A stretch of DNA of 64,000 bases, from assembly GCA_951406725.2 (NCBI GenBank), contig OX597817.1:15066001-15130000 (forward strand), given 5' to 3'. Positions 24,400 to 37,590 of this stretch are shown here, in pieces. A model generated the notes under the pieces. That model did not search any database, was not told the origin of the DNA, and was given only the letters and a program-made list of their open reading frames with translations. Within the stretch, counting starts at the first letter, position 1. Every line of letters starts with the position of its first letter. Position numbers and translations under genes: made by a program. Origin of the DNA: Octopus vulgaris. Its lineage: Eukaryota.

Positions 24400-25037
24400 G
24401 TAAGAATTGATAATATGTATTTTCAACTATTATATTTGATATTTTTCTCAGCTCCAGACATTTAGTACAAGACGAATTTTATTCAGCCTAGCACAAGCCC
24501 ATTGCCAGACTTTGGTGCTTGGTAGGTGTTTCAGGATATTCTGGGTGAGCACTAATTTGTATTGTGGGAAGATTTTTGTAGACTGTATTTTCAAAATCTG
24601 AAGGCGCACCATTGAATAGTGAAGGGACAATGCCATCCAGTGCAGCTTCTTAGTGACAGGCATGGCCTAGCAGCCTCTTTGCAAAGCATTTTCCATTGTT
24701 TATTCTACTGTTTCTATATACTTTAGACTGAGTAAGGTGAATTCATGTTGGAAGTGAACCCAAGGGTTTAGCATTGATAAGCCACAAAAGCAGCGAAAGG
24801 CACACCTTTGACTCTTGTGATTACTTCCGTGAGAGTGATAAATGTGCATTGTTTTATGTAGCTCTCAAGTATATTGTGATTTTCTATAAAAAGACTTTTT
24901 CCCAAGACCATTGCAGTATCTCGTTTTTCAACAATATACATACACTAAAGTATGTCTTGTAGATAAAGATTTTAATCCATAGTTGCTTCTATTGCATAAG
25001 TTGAATGTGTGTGTGTGTGTGCGCACTGACATACCTA

Positions 25038-25193
25038 TAGGTACAGGTGCGACTGTGTGGTGAAGAAAAGAATCTTGCTTTCCAACCGTGTGATTTTGGG
25101 TAAGTGTTTTCTACTACAGACCTAGGTCAACCAAAGCTTTGTGAGTGGATTTGCCTGGCAGAAACTGAAAGAAGTCTGTCATGCGTTTGTGCG

Positions 25194-25229
<36 letters not shown>

Positions 25230-25345
25230 GAGGTGAGTGCGTGTGTGTGTGGGTGGAAGTGTCTACTTGTGTTGATATTACATGGTTATTGTAAATGAGT
25301 GTCACCACCATTCAAGCAGTGTCCTTCATTTCCAATCTTCTGTGG
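25038..25345 (+). mobile_element. SINE family A-related, old and diverged
   Basis: CTGTGTGGTGAAG...GTGAGTGGATTTG...AAACTGAAAGAAG followed by a TA/TG microsatellite. Confidence 0.6.
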
Positions 25346-25409
25346 AAGACATTTTGCTTGAAGTTATTGAGATGCTTGGAAAAATTTTAGTTGGTCATAG
25401 AGAAATGTG

Positions 25410-25975
25410 GAAAATAACTTGGATAGTGTTTCATAGTTCATTTTGTCCAGTCTCTGAAGAATTACTTGTGAGACTGACCAATGTTGGATCTAAACATTAC
25501 AGTTCTTGATGCAGCTTGTCAATTTCCTAGCAATACTTCTTTGAGATAATGGTTTCCATGGAATTCAAGAAATAATAGTAGATGATTCCACTTGTTGACT
25601 ATCAAACAGTGACCATAACCTTCTTTGCAGCTCGAGGAAGTATTTTGGTGCTTTACCAAAATACTTTCCCAAAATGAACAATTGACAGCATTCCAGACAC
25701 TGCATGGAAGACTGTTAGCTGTATAGAATCTATTTTTGTCACATATCACATTGTGATCAGAAAATGGATAAATATTCTTGTACAAAAGAAGTCCAGAGCA
25801 GACTCCATAATGGTTATTTTTAAAAATACTTTGTTCTTCTTGTGTGACATCCATTTCTCCATCTTCTATTTTTGTGTATTGAGCAAATATCAGACAATTG
25901 TGGAATGATAGATGTTAAATCCATTTGCCACTTCTTTGTTTTGCATAGGTCTGCTTCAATAATAGCCTTCAGTTT
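25410..25975 (-). mobile_element. Mariner transposase remnant
   Basis: Minus-strand frames give KWMSH, PFSDHNVICDK and KKVMVTV**STSGIIYYYFL..ETI..KKYC*EIDKLHQEL, the mariner catalytic-region pattern, with stops. Confidence 0.7.
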
Positions 25976-25984
25976 GTTGTTATT

Positions 25985-26138
25985 ATCTTCATCATCATCA
26001 TTTAACATCCGCTTTCCATGCTAGCATGGGTTGGACGTTTTGACTGAGAACTGGCGAACCAGATGGCTGCACCAGGCTCCAATCTTGATCTGGCAGAGTT
26101 TATACAGCTGGATGCCCTTCCTAACACCAACCACTCCA
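25985..26138 (-). mobile_element. RTE 3' UTR fragment
   Basis: (CAT)n then TTTAACATCCGCTTTCCATGCTAGCATGGG. Confidence 0.75.
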
Positions 26139-26692
26139 GTTTTTAATTTTTTTGTTATGGGCCTGGAGGATTATGATAAACAAGAGGAGGCTGAGAACCA
26201 AGCCTTGGTGAACTCCTACTTGCACATTAAATTCATTGCTATACTCATTGCTAACTTTCATCTTACTAACAGCATCCCTGAACATGACTTGGATGACTCT
26301 TACCTGCCTCTCACCTACTCCTAGCTTCTGCAGCAACTACTAGATTGGAGTGTGAGGGGCCCCGTCAAAGGTTTTCTCTATGTTGACAAATGCCAAGTAC
26401 AGTAGTTTATTTTTGGCTAAATACATCTTCTGCAGTTGCCTTACTAGGAAGATAGCATCAGTAATGCTTCTCTTTGATATAAAACCAAACTGGATCTCAT
26501 CAAGGTTACTTTGCTTATTAATTAGTTGTGCTATGACCCCGTCTGTAACTTTCATGACCTGGTCCAGCAGTTTGACACCACTGTAATTACTTTTGTCTAA
26601 GGCATCTCCTTTACCTTTGCAGCAGTTGACTATAATGCTGCTACACCTGTCATTGGGTATGATCCCTTCCTGAACAACCTAGTGAACTATAC

Positions 26693-26694
<2 letters not shown>

Positions 26695-26723
<29 letters not shown>

Positions 26724-28197
26724 TGTGTACAGTGCTCAGGTGCACTACAACTCATCTAAAGTGTATATATAATCAGGTGTAGTTTCGACGGATTTCGGGA
26801 AGCATGAGGGCCTTAAAGGATGCAGTGTCATGGCAGTCAACAACTGATGCAGGCAGTTTATTCCACGCTTCAGCAACCCTGAGCGTGAAAAAATGTTTCC
26901 GAAAGTCATGGGAGCTGTGCTGTTTTCTGACTTTGTAGGCATGTCCACATGTGTTAGACACATGGAGATCAAAAAGGTGTTCAGTGTTGTTGTTGGTGAG
27001 GTGGTTGATAACCTTGTGGGTGTTTACCAAGTCCGTCGCCAGACGCCGGAGCTTCAGTGAATCCATGCCCAGGGAAACAAGGCGCTCAGAATATGGTAGG
27101 TGTCTGATGGAGGGTATGCGTTTGGTTGCACGTCTCTGGACAGATTCCAGGAGGTAAATGTTCTGAGCAAGATAGGGATTCCAAACTGATGATGCGAATT
27201 CCAAGTGTGGTCGTACCATAGCTGTATACAGTTTTAAATAGATGGCTGGAGAGCGGCTAACAAAAGTCTTGCTGAGTGATGCCAAGACACCCTCGGCCTT
27301 CTTGACAATTTTAGAGATATGCTTTGTCCAACGCAAATCACTGCTGACAGTGATGCCTAGGTCACGCTCGCAAGAGGATTTCTTGATATCAGTGTTGTGG
27401 AGGGAGTATGTGGACGCAGGGTTTTTTCTCCCAAAATGCATGGTGGTACACTTGTCCACAGCCAGTTTCAGTTGCCAGTCTGTGATCCATTGCTGCATTG
27501 TGTCTAGGTCTGATTGCAGGAAAGAGTTGTAGACATCAGGATCAGTCCTCTTGATTTCAAGGTACAGCTTGATGTCGTCTGCATATTTCAATACTGTGGC
27601 ATTCTTTAAATTGGCATCTATGTCATTAATGTATGCCACAAACAGGAGGGGACCAAGGACAGATCCCTGTGGTACACCCGATGACATCTCATATGGTGTA
27701 GAGTGCTGTCCTAGAACTGTGACTGAGGATGAAGGATTTCAACCAGTTAAAAAGGTCATCCCCCACACCCATTGCAGAGAGTTTCACCATAAGCCTTTTG
27801 TGTGGCACAGAGTTGAAAGCCTTAGCAAAGTCAAGGTAGACAACATCCACCCATGAGCCACTGTCAGTGATCTGAGTAATGTCCTCAAGGAACTCGACAA
27901 GCTGGTCACTGCAGCTGGAGTTAGGGACAAATCCATATTGTGAGGGTCGGATGAGACTGTGAGAGCTCCAGAAGTTCCAGAGTGTTTCTCTGACACACGA
28001 TTCCATCAGTTTTGCAATACAGCTAGTGAGACTGACTGGGCGATAGTTGACAGGTGATGTGCGGTCCCCCTTTTTGAATAGAGGAATGACACTGGCAGTT
28101 TTCCACTGCTCCGGAGTAGCACCATTGTTGAGACAGTACTGGAAGAAAATAGAAAGCTGGTGTAAAAGGAAGTGCCTGCCACGTTTGAGAAGCAGGT
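26695..28197 (-). mobile_element. CR1-clade LINE, 5'-truncated, RT domain with a frameshift
   Basis: YLDFAKAFNSVPHKRL (27689-28006), SGVPQGSVLGPLLF and YADD (26773-27687); (TAA)n tail at about 26695-26722. Confidence 0.92.
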
Positions 28198-28510
28198 ATG
28201 ATGAGGCTGCCAGATATTTTAATAATCTTAGTTGTAATTCTTGATGGGCTTGGGTCTTTCTGTCTTCATATTTTTAATTGCTTTATCTATCATCCTGCTA
28301 TCAGTTTGGATAGCTGGTCTCTATTGGGTCCACATTAAGAAGAATCTCCTTCTTCCATGCATTCTCCACATCTGGCTGCCTTTCCTAGTGGTACTTCCAT
28401 GCCTCTTTCTTTACAGAATGACTAAGTGCAAGTGTACCATCATCCATCTGCTTACGCTTCTCTCCTACAATATTATGATTTTCTCTGAGACATTATTTTG
28501 CTATCTTAAG

Positions 28511-28898
28511 TGGAGGCGCAATGGCCCAGTGGTTAGGGCAGCGGACTCGCGGTCATAGGATCGCGGTTTCGATTCCCAGACCGGGCTTTGTGAGTGTTTA
28601 TTGAGCGAAAACACCTAAAAGCTCCACGAGGCTCTGGCAGGGGATGGTGGTGTTCCCTGCTGTACTCTTTCACCACAACTTTCTCTCACTCTTACTTCCT
28701 GTTTCTGTTGTACCTGTATTTCAAGGGGCTGGCCTTGTCACTCTCTGTGTCACGCTGAATATCCCCGAGAACTACGTTAAGGGTACACGTGTCTGTAGAG
28801 TGCTCAGCCACTTACACGTTAATTTCACAAGCAGGTTGTTCCGTTGATTCGGATCAACCGGAACCCTCGTCGTCGTAACCGACGGAGTGCTTCCATCC
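28511..28898 (+). mobile_element. SINE family D
   Basis: TSD ATTTTGCTATCT; near-identical to the 13151 copy. Confidence 0.9.
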
Positions 28899-29541
28899 AT
28901 TTTGCTATCTGGAACACCTCATGCCTCTGGTTCTCATGTCACAGAACATTGACAAACCTCCTCCTTTCTGTCTCTCCCCAAGCTAAATGCCCCTGTCACC
29001 TAACTTGTCTAGCTTCTTGCTATAGCTCTCTGCTACCCCCAACTCTTTCAGTCCTTTCAGGCTTGTTTCTTTGCTCGTATCTCTCTCTTTTTTACTTGTT
29101 TCAGTCATTTGACTGTGGCCATGCTGGAGCACCGCCTTTTAGTCGAGCAAATCGACCCCGGGACTTATTCTTTGTAAGCCCAGTACTTATTCTATCGGTC
29201 TCTTTTGCCGAACCGCTAAGTGACGGGGATGTAAACACACCAGCATCGGTTGTCAAGCAATGTTGGGGGGACAAATACAGACACACAAACACACACACAT
29301 ACATACATATATATATATATATATATTTTGTGAAATAGAAAGATGAATAATCTTATTGCAGATTAATCAAAAGTTTAACCGATACCTTGGTAGCAAAAAT
29401 CACAGCAGAAGACAGCACGGTTGGATGTACAACCATATGGTGTTGCAACCATGCGTTGGTGCGGATAATTGAATTTTAATATTATTAGTGAATTGAATAA
29501 ATGGAGTTGAACGAAGATTGAACAGAAATCGTTTTATTGCA

Positions 29542-29621
29542 TTCTACACGTGTTTCGAAAGCCACAATTTACCAAATTCCGATTGAATAAGGAGACCATA
29601 TTGTGTCTTTCTCTTCAGGAA
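29542..29621 (-). ncRNA. Hammerhead ribozyme motif, left arm of the palindrome
   Basis: Mirror copy of 29643-29722. Confidence 0.7.
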
Positions 29622-29642
29622 GAAATAGGAATTTCCTATTTC

Positions 29643-29722
29643 TTCCTGAAGAGAAAGACACAATGTGGTCTCCTTATTCAATCGGAATTTGGTAAATTGT
29701 GGCTTTCGAAACACGTGTAGAA
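29643..29722 (+). ncRNA. Hammerhead ribozyme motif, right arm of the palindrome
   Basis: UUC-CUGAAGA-GAAAG(ACACAAU...AUUGUGG)CUUUC-GAAA-CACGUG-UA-GAA; GUA triplet ends at 29719; AATAAA just downstream. Confidence 0.7.
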
Positions 29723-30512
29723 TGCAATAAAACGATTTCTGTTCAATCTTCGTTCAACTCCATTTCTTCAATTCACTATATATATATATATATATACGAC
29801 AGGCTTCTTCCAGTTTCCGTCTAACAAATCCACTCACAAGGCTTTGGTCGGCCCGAGGCTATAGTAGAAGACACTTTCCCAAGGTGCCACGCAGTGGGAC
29901 TGAACCCGGAACCGTGTGGTTGGTAAGCAGGTTACTTACCACACAGCCACTCCTGCGCCTATGTTATTGTTTGCTTCTCTCTTTCACCGCATCACCCTAG
30001 GTCTGGCTGGAACTTTACACTAGCCACAGATTTGGTCTGTGACCCTCAGTGGGATGTCCTACAGGAACTTCCAGTTGTCTTCTATGCCATACATCTCTAT
30101 CTCCTCTCTCCTTTCCTCAAATACTTCAGTTAGGACATCTCTTTATCTCTGACTATTCAAAGGATCCTTAAGCTTCCATGTCTCTCTTTCCCAGACTACT
30201 TTGTTTATCGGAGTCCTTCAAACCTGATGTCTGTAATAATATTAAAACTTATAAGCACTAATTTGAGGTTGAAAAGCAGTTAAATACAAAATTATTAAAA
30301 AAATTTTTTTTTTGAGGAGTGATAACAAGCATGCTGTGGTATACTTGATAACACAGTTACCTGATCTGCAATACGTACTTTGTGTTGTATCAGTGTCTTT
30401 AGTTTTAAATCTTTTCCATCTTAAATTACTGCTAAAGTATTAGTTCATCCGTTTTATGTCAGCTTCTCTGTGCTAGAATAGGTCAAATGAATACTTGTTA
30501 TAAAGATATTGT

Positions 30513-30790
30513 TTGCCAGCCTCGCCTGGCCTCCGTGCCGGTGGCACGTAAAAAGCACCATCCGTCCGTGGCCGTTTGGCAGCCTCATCTGGCACCTGTG
30601 CCGGTGGCACGTAAAAAGCACCCACTACACTCATAGAGTGGTTGGTGTTAGGAAGGGCATCCAGCCGTAGAAACATTGCCAGATCTGACTGGGCCTGGTG
30701 CAGCCTTCTGGCTTCCCAGTCCCGAGTTGCACCGTCCAACCCATGCCAGCATGGAAAACGGACGCTAAACGATGATGATGATGATGATGA
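30513..30790 (+). mobile_element. RTE 3' UTR copy
   Basis: GTGCCGGTGGCACGTAAAAAGCACC units and a (GAT)n tail. Confidence 0.8.
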
Positions 30791-31761
30791 CAGCTAGATG
30801 TCCTCTTGTCGCTTAGTCTTACTGTTTTTTTTTTTCAAATAAGGTATTTTTCATTCCACTCTTCTTTGAAAGTCTGGAGTTACCAAACAAGTTGTTAACT
30901 TGGAAGTGTCAGCAAACACCATCATCAGATATAGCTCAGTGCTCTTTCATGCAAAGCACTCACACAGCCATCATCATCATCATCATCATTTAACATCCGT
31001 CTTCCATGCTGGTATGGATTAGATGGTCCAAAAGGAGCTGGTAATCCAGAAGACTGTGCCAAGTTCCACTGTCTGCTATGGCATGTTTTTTATAGTTGGA
31101 TGCCCTTCCTAATGCCAACCACTAAAGTGTCTTTTTACATGACACCAACACCAGCAAGGTCTGCTTTGGTATGGTTTTTACAGCTGGATGCCTTTCCTAA
31201 TGCTGACCACTTTTCAGAGTAGACTGGATGCTTTTTACATGGCACCAAAATCAATAAATTCACCAAGTAACTTGCCAGACAAAGATCCTTTGGTGGTGGT
31301 GGTGGTGGTGGTGGTGTGGTGTATTGAAGGAGGTGTCTTTGAGCCAGGTGATGAGAGGTTAGAATACGACAGGGGAACATAAACACGTGTCTTGCCATAG
31401 AGGAGATACGCATGGTTATCCCAGTCAGAGAGAGAGAGAGATGGTAGTGATGTGCCAGGGCATACTTTCAAGGTACAAGGACATGAATATAAATTGAATG
31501 TTAGAGGATTTTCCAGGATGCATGAGTAGGAGAGTTCACGAGAATGCAAAAAGGGGGGGAAAGGGAGAATGCTGTAGCTTGTGAAACCTGGCTATGTGGG
31601 AGAGGGATGACAGGATAGCAATGAGGGGAGGAAAAGAGTGGGGAGGGGGAGATAAGCATAATGCCTGAAGAAGAGAAGATTTAATTTGATTTATTACGGT
31701 AACAAGAAAACAAATTACAACTCCTCTATTATATATATGTATATATGCGTGTATGTACACA

Positions 31762-32162
31762 TACAGGAGTGGCTGTGTGGTAAGTAGCTTGCTTACCGAC
31801 CACATGGTTCCGGGTTCAGTCCCACTGCGTGGCACCTTGGGCAAGTGTCTTCTACTATAGCCTCGGGCCGACCAAAGCCTTGTGAGTGGATTTGGTAGAC
31901 GGAAACTGAAAGAAGCCCGTCGTATATATGTATATATATATATATATGTTTGTGTGTCTGTGTTTGTCCCCCTGGCATTGCTTGACAACCGATGCTGGTG
32001 TGTTTATGTCCCCGTCACTTAGCGGTTCGGCAAAAGAGACCGATAGAATAAGTACTGGGCTTACAAAGAATAAGTCCCGGGGTCGAGTTGCTCGACTAAA
32101 GGCGGTGCTCCAGCATGGCCGCAGTCAGATGACTGAAACAAGTAAAAGAGAGAGTAAAGAGT
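31762..32162 (+). mobile_element. SINE family A
   Basis: Full-length family A sequence. Confidence 0.9.
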
Positions 32163-32821
32163 ATATATCATCATTGTCCAATATAGCCTTTATTTAAAAC
32201 AGGCGGAAATTCCCAGTCAGTGAGTCAGATGACCATTATAAACTTCTTCACTGAACACACCTTAGATGATCATGAGTATCTTACACAGCGGTGGGTATGG
32301 AGTGGGGATATTGATAGGTAAGAAACAATTCTCTTTTTCTCTCTCTCTCTCCCCCCTCCCTCCCTCTCTCCCTCCTCTCCCCTCTCTCTCTCATACTTTA
32401 TATTTATTCCTTCCTTGAGTTGGTGTAAGAGGCAGTGTGAGATAGTGATGATTAAATGTCAATTATTAATTAATCACATAGGATTCAAAATATATATATA
32501 ATTAAGAAGAGGATTTTTTTCCTCTTTTAATTGTTATAAGTTTAAATGTAAAAGATTTAATTAGTATGAATGAATGTCGCTTAATTTAACAATTCAAAAA
32601 AAAAAGTATTTTAATTTCAGTATTCAGTATGATAGTCAAAGTTAGACAAACTATTAACAACAATTTGATTACATAATACTATGATTCATTGTGAGGAAAA
32701 AGCTAATCAGAGTAGGCACACCTTCTGTAAACTATAGTGAAAGCAGATTGTTTTGGGAAGTAATCATTCTGAATAAAAACTGTAAAGAGGATACTTAAGT
32801 CCTGAAAGCCACCTAATATAA

Positions 32822-33200
32822 AATAATAATAATAATGAAATTATAGTATACAGTGCTCAGGTGCACCACAACTTGTCAGAAAGTGCGTATAGAGTATATG
32901 CAGTAATGTACAAATGTCTGGAAAGCAAACAATGCATGAGTCAGATACATGCTTGTGTATGTATAGAGGGGAGAAAATCAGGTGTAGTGTTGGCGAATCT
33001 CAGAAAGCATGGAAGTTTTGAAGGATGCAGTGCTCCGACAACTAACAACTGATGCCGGCAGCTTGTTCCATGCTTCAGCAACTCTCAGCGTGAAAAAATG
33101 TTTCCTAAAGTCATGGGAGCTGAGCTGTTTTCTGACTTTGTAAATATGTCCATGGGTGTTAGATGGGTGAAGTTTGAAAAGGTGCTCAGAGTTATATGTT
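32822..33200 (-). mobile_element. CR1 3' fragment (second subfamily)
   Basis: HDFRKHFFTLRVAEAWNKLP in ORF 32978-33286; its 3' UTR is shared with 36215-36730. Confidence 0.85.
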
Positions 33201-33502
33201 GTTGGTGATATGAAAAAATGCAGCCAATACACACTGTGGTTGAGGATTTGAAGTGCATCCAACCTGTAAAAATTGCAAAACTCCAACTCAGTGTTGGTAT
33301 TCCATCAGTGTCTGATTGATGACAAAGTCCGTCTTCTCAGCAATGAGAGTGCATGTGACTCTACATTCCAAAGCTGGAAGCACACAGGTATCCACAGGTG
33401 TCACAGCAATAATAAACACTAAATCCATATACAGGACTAACATTCAATGTGCCAGAGCTGCACACTGTAGTGGGGTGGCTGAATGGAAACATCTGTGTCT
33501 GT

Positions 33503-33750
33503 GGAGGCACATGGCTTAGTGGTTAGGGTGTTGAACCCATGATCGTAAAGTTGTGGTTTCGATTCCTGGACTGGGTGATTCATTGTGTTCTTGAGCAAAA
33601 CACTTCACTTTCACATTGCTCCAGTCCACTCAGCTGGCAAAAATGAGTAATCCTGCAATGGATCGGTGTCCCGTCCAGGTGAGGAATTTCTACGCCACTG
33701 GAACTGGGAAACTGGCCCTTATGAACCTGGCATGGCTTGAGAAGGAACAT
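33503..33750 (+). mobile_element. SINE family C-like, diverged
   Basis: TGGCTTAGTGG A box, TTCGATTCC B box, GTGTTCTTGAGCAAAACAC core. Confidence 0.7.
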
Positions 33751-34734
33751 CTGTGTTGGAAAACCCTGTGACCATTATTAAGTGATCGCATATTCCATTC
33801 AGATGCAGGAAAGAGACATCAGGTATCAACCTCCTACTTTAGGGGAATCCTCCTTTTACCAGGTTAACAATGTCAGGGTTATTAGCCATTAAAGTTGGTT
33901 CACTGAAAGGTAGTTCTAGTGAGATTATAGAGAAGCTTGAGCAGAGGTGAGTAGATGTGCGTTGTGTGCAAGATGTAAGGTAAAAGGGAGCCATGACTAG
34001 ATTCCTCAAAGGCAAAGAACACCAGTAGTAATTCTTCTGGATTGATAACAATGTTTGTTTAGGTGGAGTTGGCATTCTGGTGGGGGAAAAGTGGATAAAG
34101 TAATTGAAATAACCAGAGTATATGGCAGTATAATTAAACTTAGACTAGCTGTAATCAAAGCACCAGCTGCTGTTATCTCTATCTATGTAGCTTCTACAAA
34201 GCTACATACCATTTTACTAACAGACAACATCATTATCTTGGTTGGTGACTCCAGTGGACATGTTGGGTTGTTCTAGTGTACATAGTGATTATAGACATGG
34301 TTCTAGAAGTAAGACAAGATCAGTGCTTCTAGAGTTCTGTGATGCAATTAACCCATATATGCCCATGAAAAAATGAAGTCTTAAAATTTCACTGTATTTA
34401 GATTAAACGTTATGGTAAGCTTTCACATTCTTGAAGAGAAGGACAGCATACAACTGTTAGCTATGGGTGTTGACTACCTGCTGAACATTTTGTATGCTCA
34501 GCCAGATGCTTCCTGGTGAGTTCATGTCCAAACAAGTAGGAACAGGTTCTGCATTGTGAAAATGCAACCAGGTGTATATGTGGGTTAAAATAACCATTTG
34601 GGACACAAATTTCAGGAAGTCAATCAACCACTTGATCATCTTTCAGTCAGGTGAGCATACATGCCAGATAGATTTCATTCACACCAGGATTTGGGAAAGA
34701 CAATTGGTTATTCTTTCCTGGTGAAGAATGTACC

Positions 34735-34967
34735 TGTTTCTTTATTACCCACAAGGGGCTAAACATAGAGGGTACAAACAAGGACAGACACACGGATTAA
34801 GTCGATTATATCGACCCCAGTGCGTAACTGGTACTTAATTTATCGACCCCGAAAGGATGAAAGGCAAAGTCGACCTCGGCGGAATTTGAACTCAGAACGT
34901 AACGGCAGACGAAATACGACTACGCATTTCGACCGGCGTGCTAACGATTCTGCCAGCTTGCCGCCTT
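34735..34967 (-). mobile_element. SINE family B
   Basis: TSD GAAGAATGTACC on both sides. Confidence 0.9.
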
Positions 34968-35469
34968 CGAAGAATGTACCACTTATATAGTTCTCTAGTG
35001 ACTTCAGAATAAAAGTTTGGCAGACTGAGAGACAAAAGATATTTTAGAAGAGAAAGGTGTGGAGGCTAAAACATTTTCCTGATGAATATATGTTCAGAGT
35101 GATTCTAAATGATGTTTATGTTGGAGAGGAGGAGATAAAGACCCATAAGTTAGAAGACAGTTGACAGTTTTTATAAGATAACTTGCTGAAAGCTACAGAG
35201 CAAATCTGTGGCTGGAGCAAGGACCAGCTAAAGTTAAGGCAACATGGTGGTGGAATACTACTGTGGATAGAACCATAAAAGCTAAAAGACAGGCCTGGAA
35301 AGAATAGAAGCAAGCAGCAAAGAGGAATACTATATCACTAGAAGAAAAACTAGACACTAAATATGTGGAATGTAGAGAAAAGCTGAAAGAAGGGGTTTTG
35401 CTGGTGTTCAGTATCAAGAGGATCAGTGATGTGAGGTGTTTTGAATTCTAAGCCAGTAAGCAATTGTAA

Positions 35470-35785
35470 GCACGTAAAAAGCACCATCCGAATCGTGGCC
35501 GAAGCCAGCGCCACCTCAACTGGCTTCCGTGCCGGTGGCACATAAAATGCACCAATCCGACCGTGGCCGATGCCAGCCTCGCCTGGCATCAGTGCAGGTG
35601 GCACGTAAAAAGCACCCACTACACTCACGGAGTGGTTGGCGTTAGGAAGGGCATCCAGCTGTAGAAACATTGCCAGATAAGACTGGAGCCTGGTGCAGCC
35701 TTCTGGCTTCCTAGATCCCCAGTCGAACCGTCCAACCCATGCTAGCATGGAGAACGGACGTTAAACGATGATGATGATGATGATG
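35470..35785 (+). mobile_element. RTE 3' UTR copy
   Basis: Tandem GGCACGTAAAAAGCACC units and a (GAT)n tail. Confidence 0.8.
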
Positions 35786-36214
35786 TGTAAGGATGAATCA
35801 AAATGTTGTGGAAAAGCATATTCTGAAATGATAGAGGTGCAGTTTCCCTAATAGACCTAAAGATTTCACTATGGGAGATTGTTGAATGTAGAAACATGGA
35901 AAGAAGAGGATCTTCTCAAAGTTTGCCTCACTGAGGGACCAGTTATCGAGTAGATAGTAATATGGAAAATTAGGGCCAGAATTTGAATAAGGTGGCAAAA
36001 CTTCTGGAAGCTACTATGAGTGAAAGATATGAAATGAATTGTGATGCTGTATGGTAGTGAGACATGGGTACTGAATGCAGAGGATGTGTGAAGGTTGGGG
36101 AAGAAAATGTAACAAGTATGATTCACTGAACGTATAATGTTACTATGCATAATTGATGGGGCATAAATGAGCTGATAGAAGAATTGGGTATAAGAGGTAT
36201 AATAATGAAATTTT

Positions 36215-36730
36215 TGTATACAGTGCTCAGGTGCACCACAACTTGTCAGACTGTGCATATAAAGCACATGCAGTAATGTAAAAATGTCTGGAAAGCGAAC
36301 AATGCATGAGTCAGATACATGCTTGTGTGTGTATGGAGGGGAGAAAATCAGGTGTAGTGTTGGCGAATCTCAGGAAGCATGGAAGTTTTGAAGGATGCAG
36401 TGCTCCGACAACTAACAACTGATACCGGCAGTTTGTTCCATGCTTCAGCAACTTTCAGCGTGAAAAAATGTTTCCTAAAGTCATGGGAGCTGTGTTGTTT
36501 TCTGACTTTGTAAATATGTCCACGGGTGTTAGATGGGTGGAGTTTGAAAAGGTGCTCAGAGTTATTGTTTGTAAGATGGTTGATAATTTTATGGGTGTCT
36601 GCCAAGTCAGCTGCCAGACGTCGGAGTTTCAATGTGTCCATGCCCAGGGAAGTAAGGCGTTCAGGATATGGCAAATGCCTGATGGAGGGTATTCTTTTGG
36701 TTGCACGTCGCTGAACAGCTTCCAGATGAA
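36215..36730 (-). mobile_element. CR1 3' fragment
   Basis: ORF 36348-36674: PYPERL..LGMDTLKLRRL...WNKLP. Confidence 0.85.
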
Positions 36731-37177
36731 CTGTATGAACTTTAGTGTGCCAAAGTGATGGCTGTGCTGATATATAATGTGTATAGATGTTGACAGGTGG
36801 GTGAAGAAGTACCAGGAGATTTATGTAGAAGGATCCAATGGAAGAGGAAGTCCAAAGGAAACATGGACAGAAGCGGTGAACGTTGCTCTCAGGATGTTGA
36901 ACTTCACAAAACAGGTGATAAAAAGAATACAGTAAGCGGTGTAATACTGTGTTGGAGAGGATTCATCAACCCATGCAAATATGGGGGAAACAGGTGTAAA
37001 AATGATCATGGTGTTGATGATAATCATGAACTGTCCAACTGAATAAACTGAAATTGACTTTTCAAGATGTAGCAACTGAAATTGGATGCTCTTCACCTGC
37101 TGTTGTGGGCATCTTAAAAGAAAGGGATGATTTCACCATCCTTGATCAGGACAGCTATATATACATATATATATATA

Positions 37178-37590
37178 CTCTCTCTCTTTACTTGTTCCAG
37201 TCATTTGACTGCAGTCATGCTGGAGCACTGCCTTTAGTCGAGCAAATCGACCCCAGGACTTATTCTTTTTTAAGCCTAGTACATATTCTATCAGTCTCTT
37301 TTGCCGAACCGCTAAGTTACAGGGACGTAAGCACATCGGTTGTCAAGTGATGCTGTGAGGACAAACACAGATGCACAAACATACACACACACACACATAC
37401 ATACATACATATATATATATACATATATACGACGGGCTTCTTTCAGTTTCCGTCTACCAAATCCACTCACAAGGCTTTGGTCGGCCCGAGGCTATAGTAG
37501 AAGACACTTGCCCAAGGTGCCACGCAGTGGGAATGAAATGAACCCGGAACCATATGGTTGGTAAGGAAGCTACTTACACACACCCACTAC
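37178..37590 (-). mobile_element. SINE family A
   Basis: Reverse complement of family A. Confidence 0.85.

Larger units (their letters stand above)
29486..29778. repeat. 293-bp near-perfect palindrome (146-bp arms, 1-nt centre at 29632)
   Basis: The arms pair throughout, with two mismatches seen by eye. Confidence 0.95.
29081..29962 (-). mobile_element. SINE family A carrying an about 450-bp insertion in its (TA)n tract
   Basis: 3' half at 29081-29325, 5' half at about 29795-29962. Confidence 0.85.
26145..30225 (-). mobile_element. Old RTE-clade LINE body, fragmented by nested CR1, SINE D and SINE A
   Basis: QFGFI..RSITDAIFLVRQLQ..YLAFVNIEKTFD (26340-26555), VGVHQGLVLSLLLFII (26121-26336), DKAIKNMK (about 28230-28340); further pieces at about 28910-29075 and 29965-30225. 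Confidence 0.7.
33870..37020 (+). mobile_element. Heavily degraded RTE LINE, interrupted by SINE B, an RTE UTR copy and CR1
   Basis: Endonuclease remnants (VDV.CVQ, GVGIL, IILVGDSSGHVG, QIDF), TWWWN-like near 35240, MLYGSETW near 36045, RGSPKETW near 36845. Confidence 0.65.

Noticed and set aside
26773-28006. Active autonomous CR1
   Set aside because: 5'-truncated with no endonuclease domain, and the RT is broken by a deletion/frameshift near 27690-27730.
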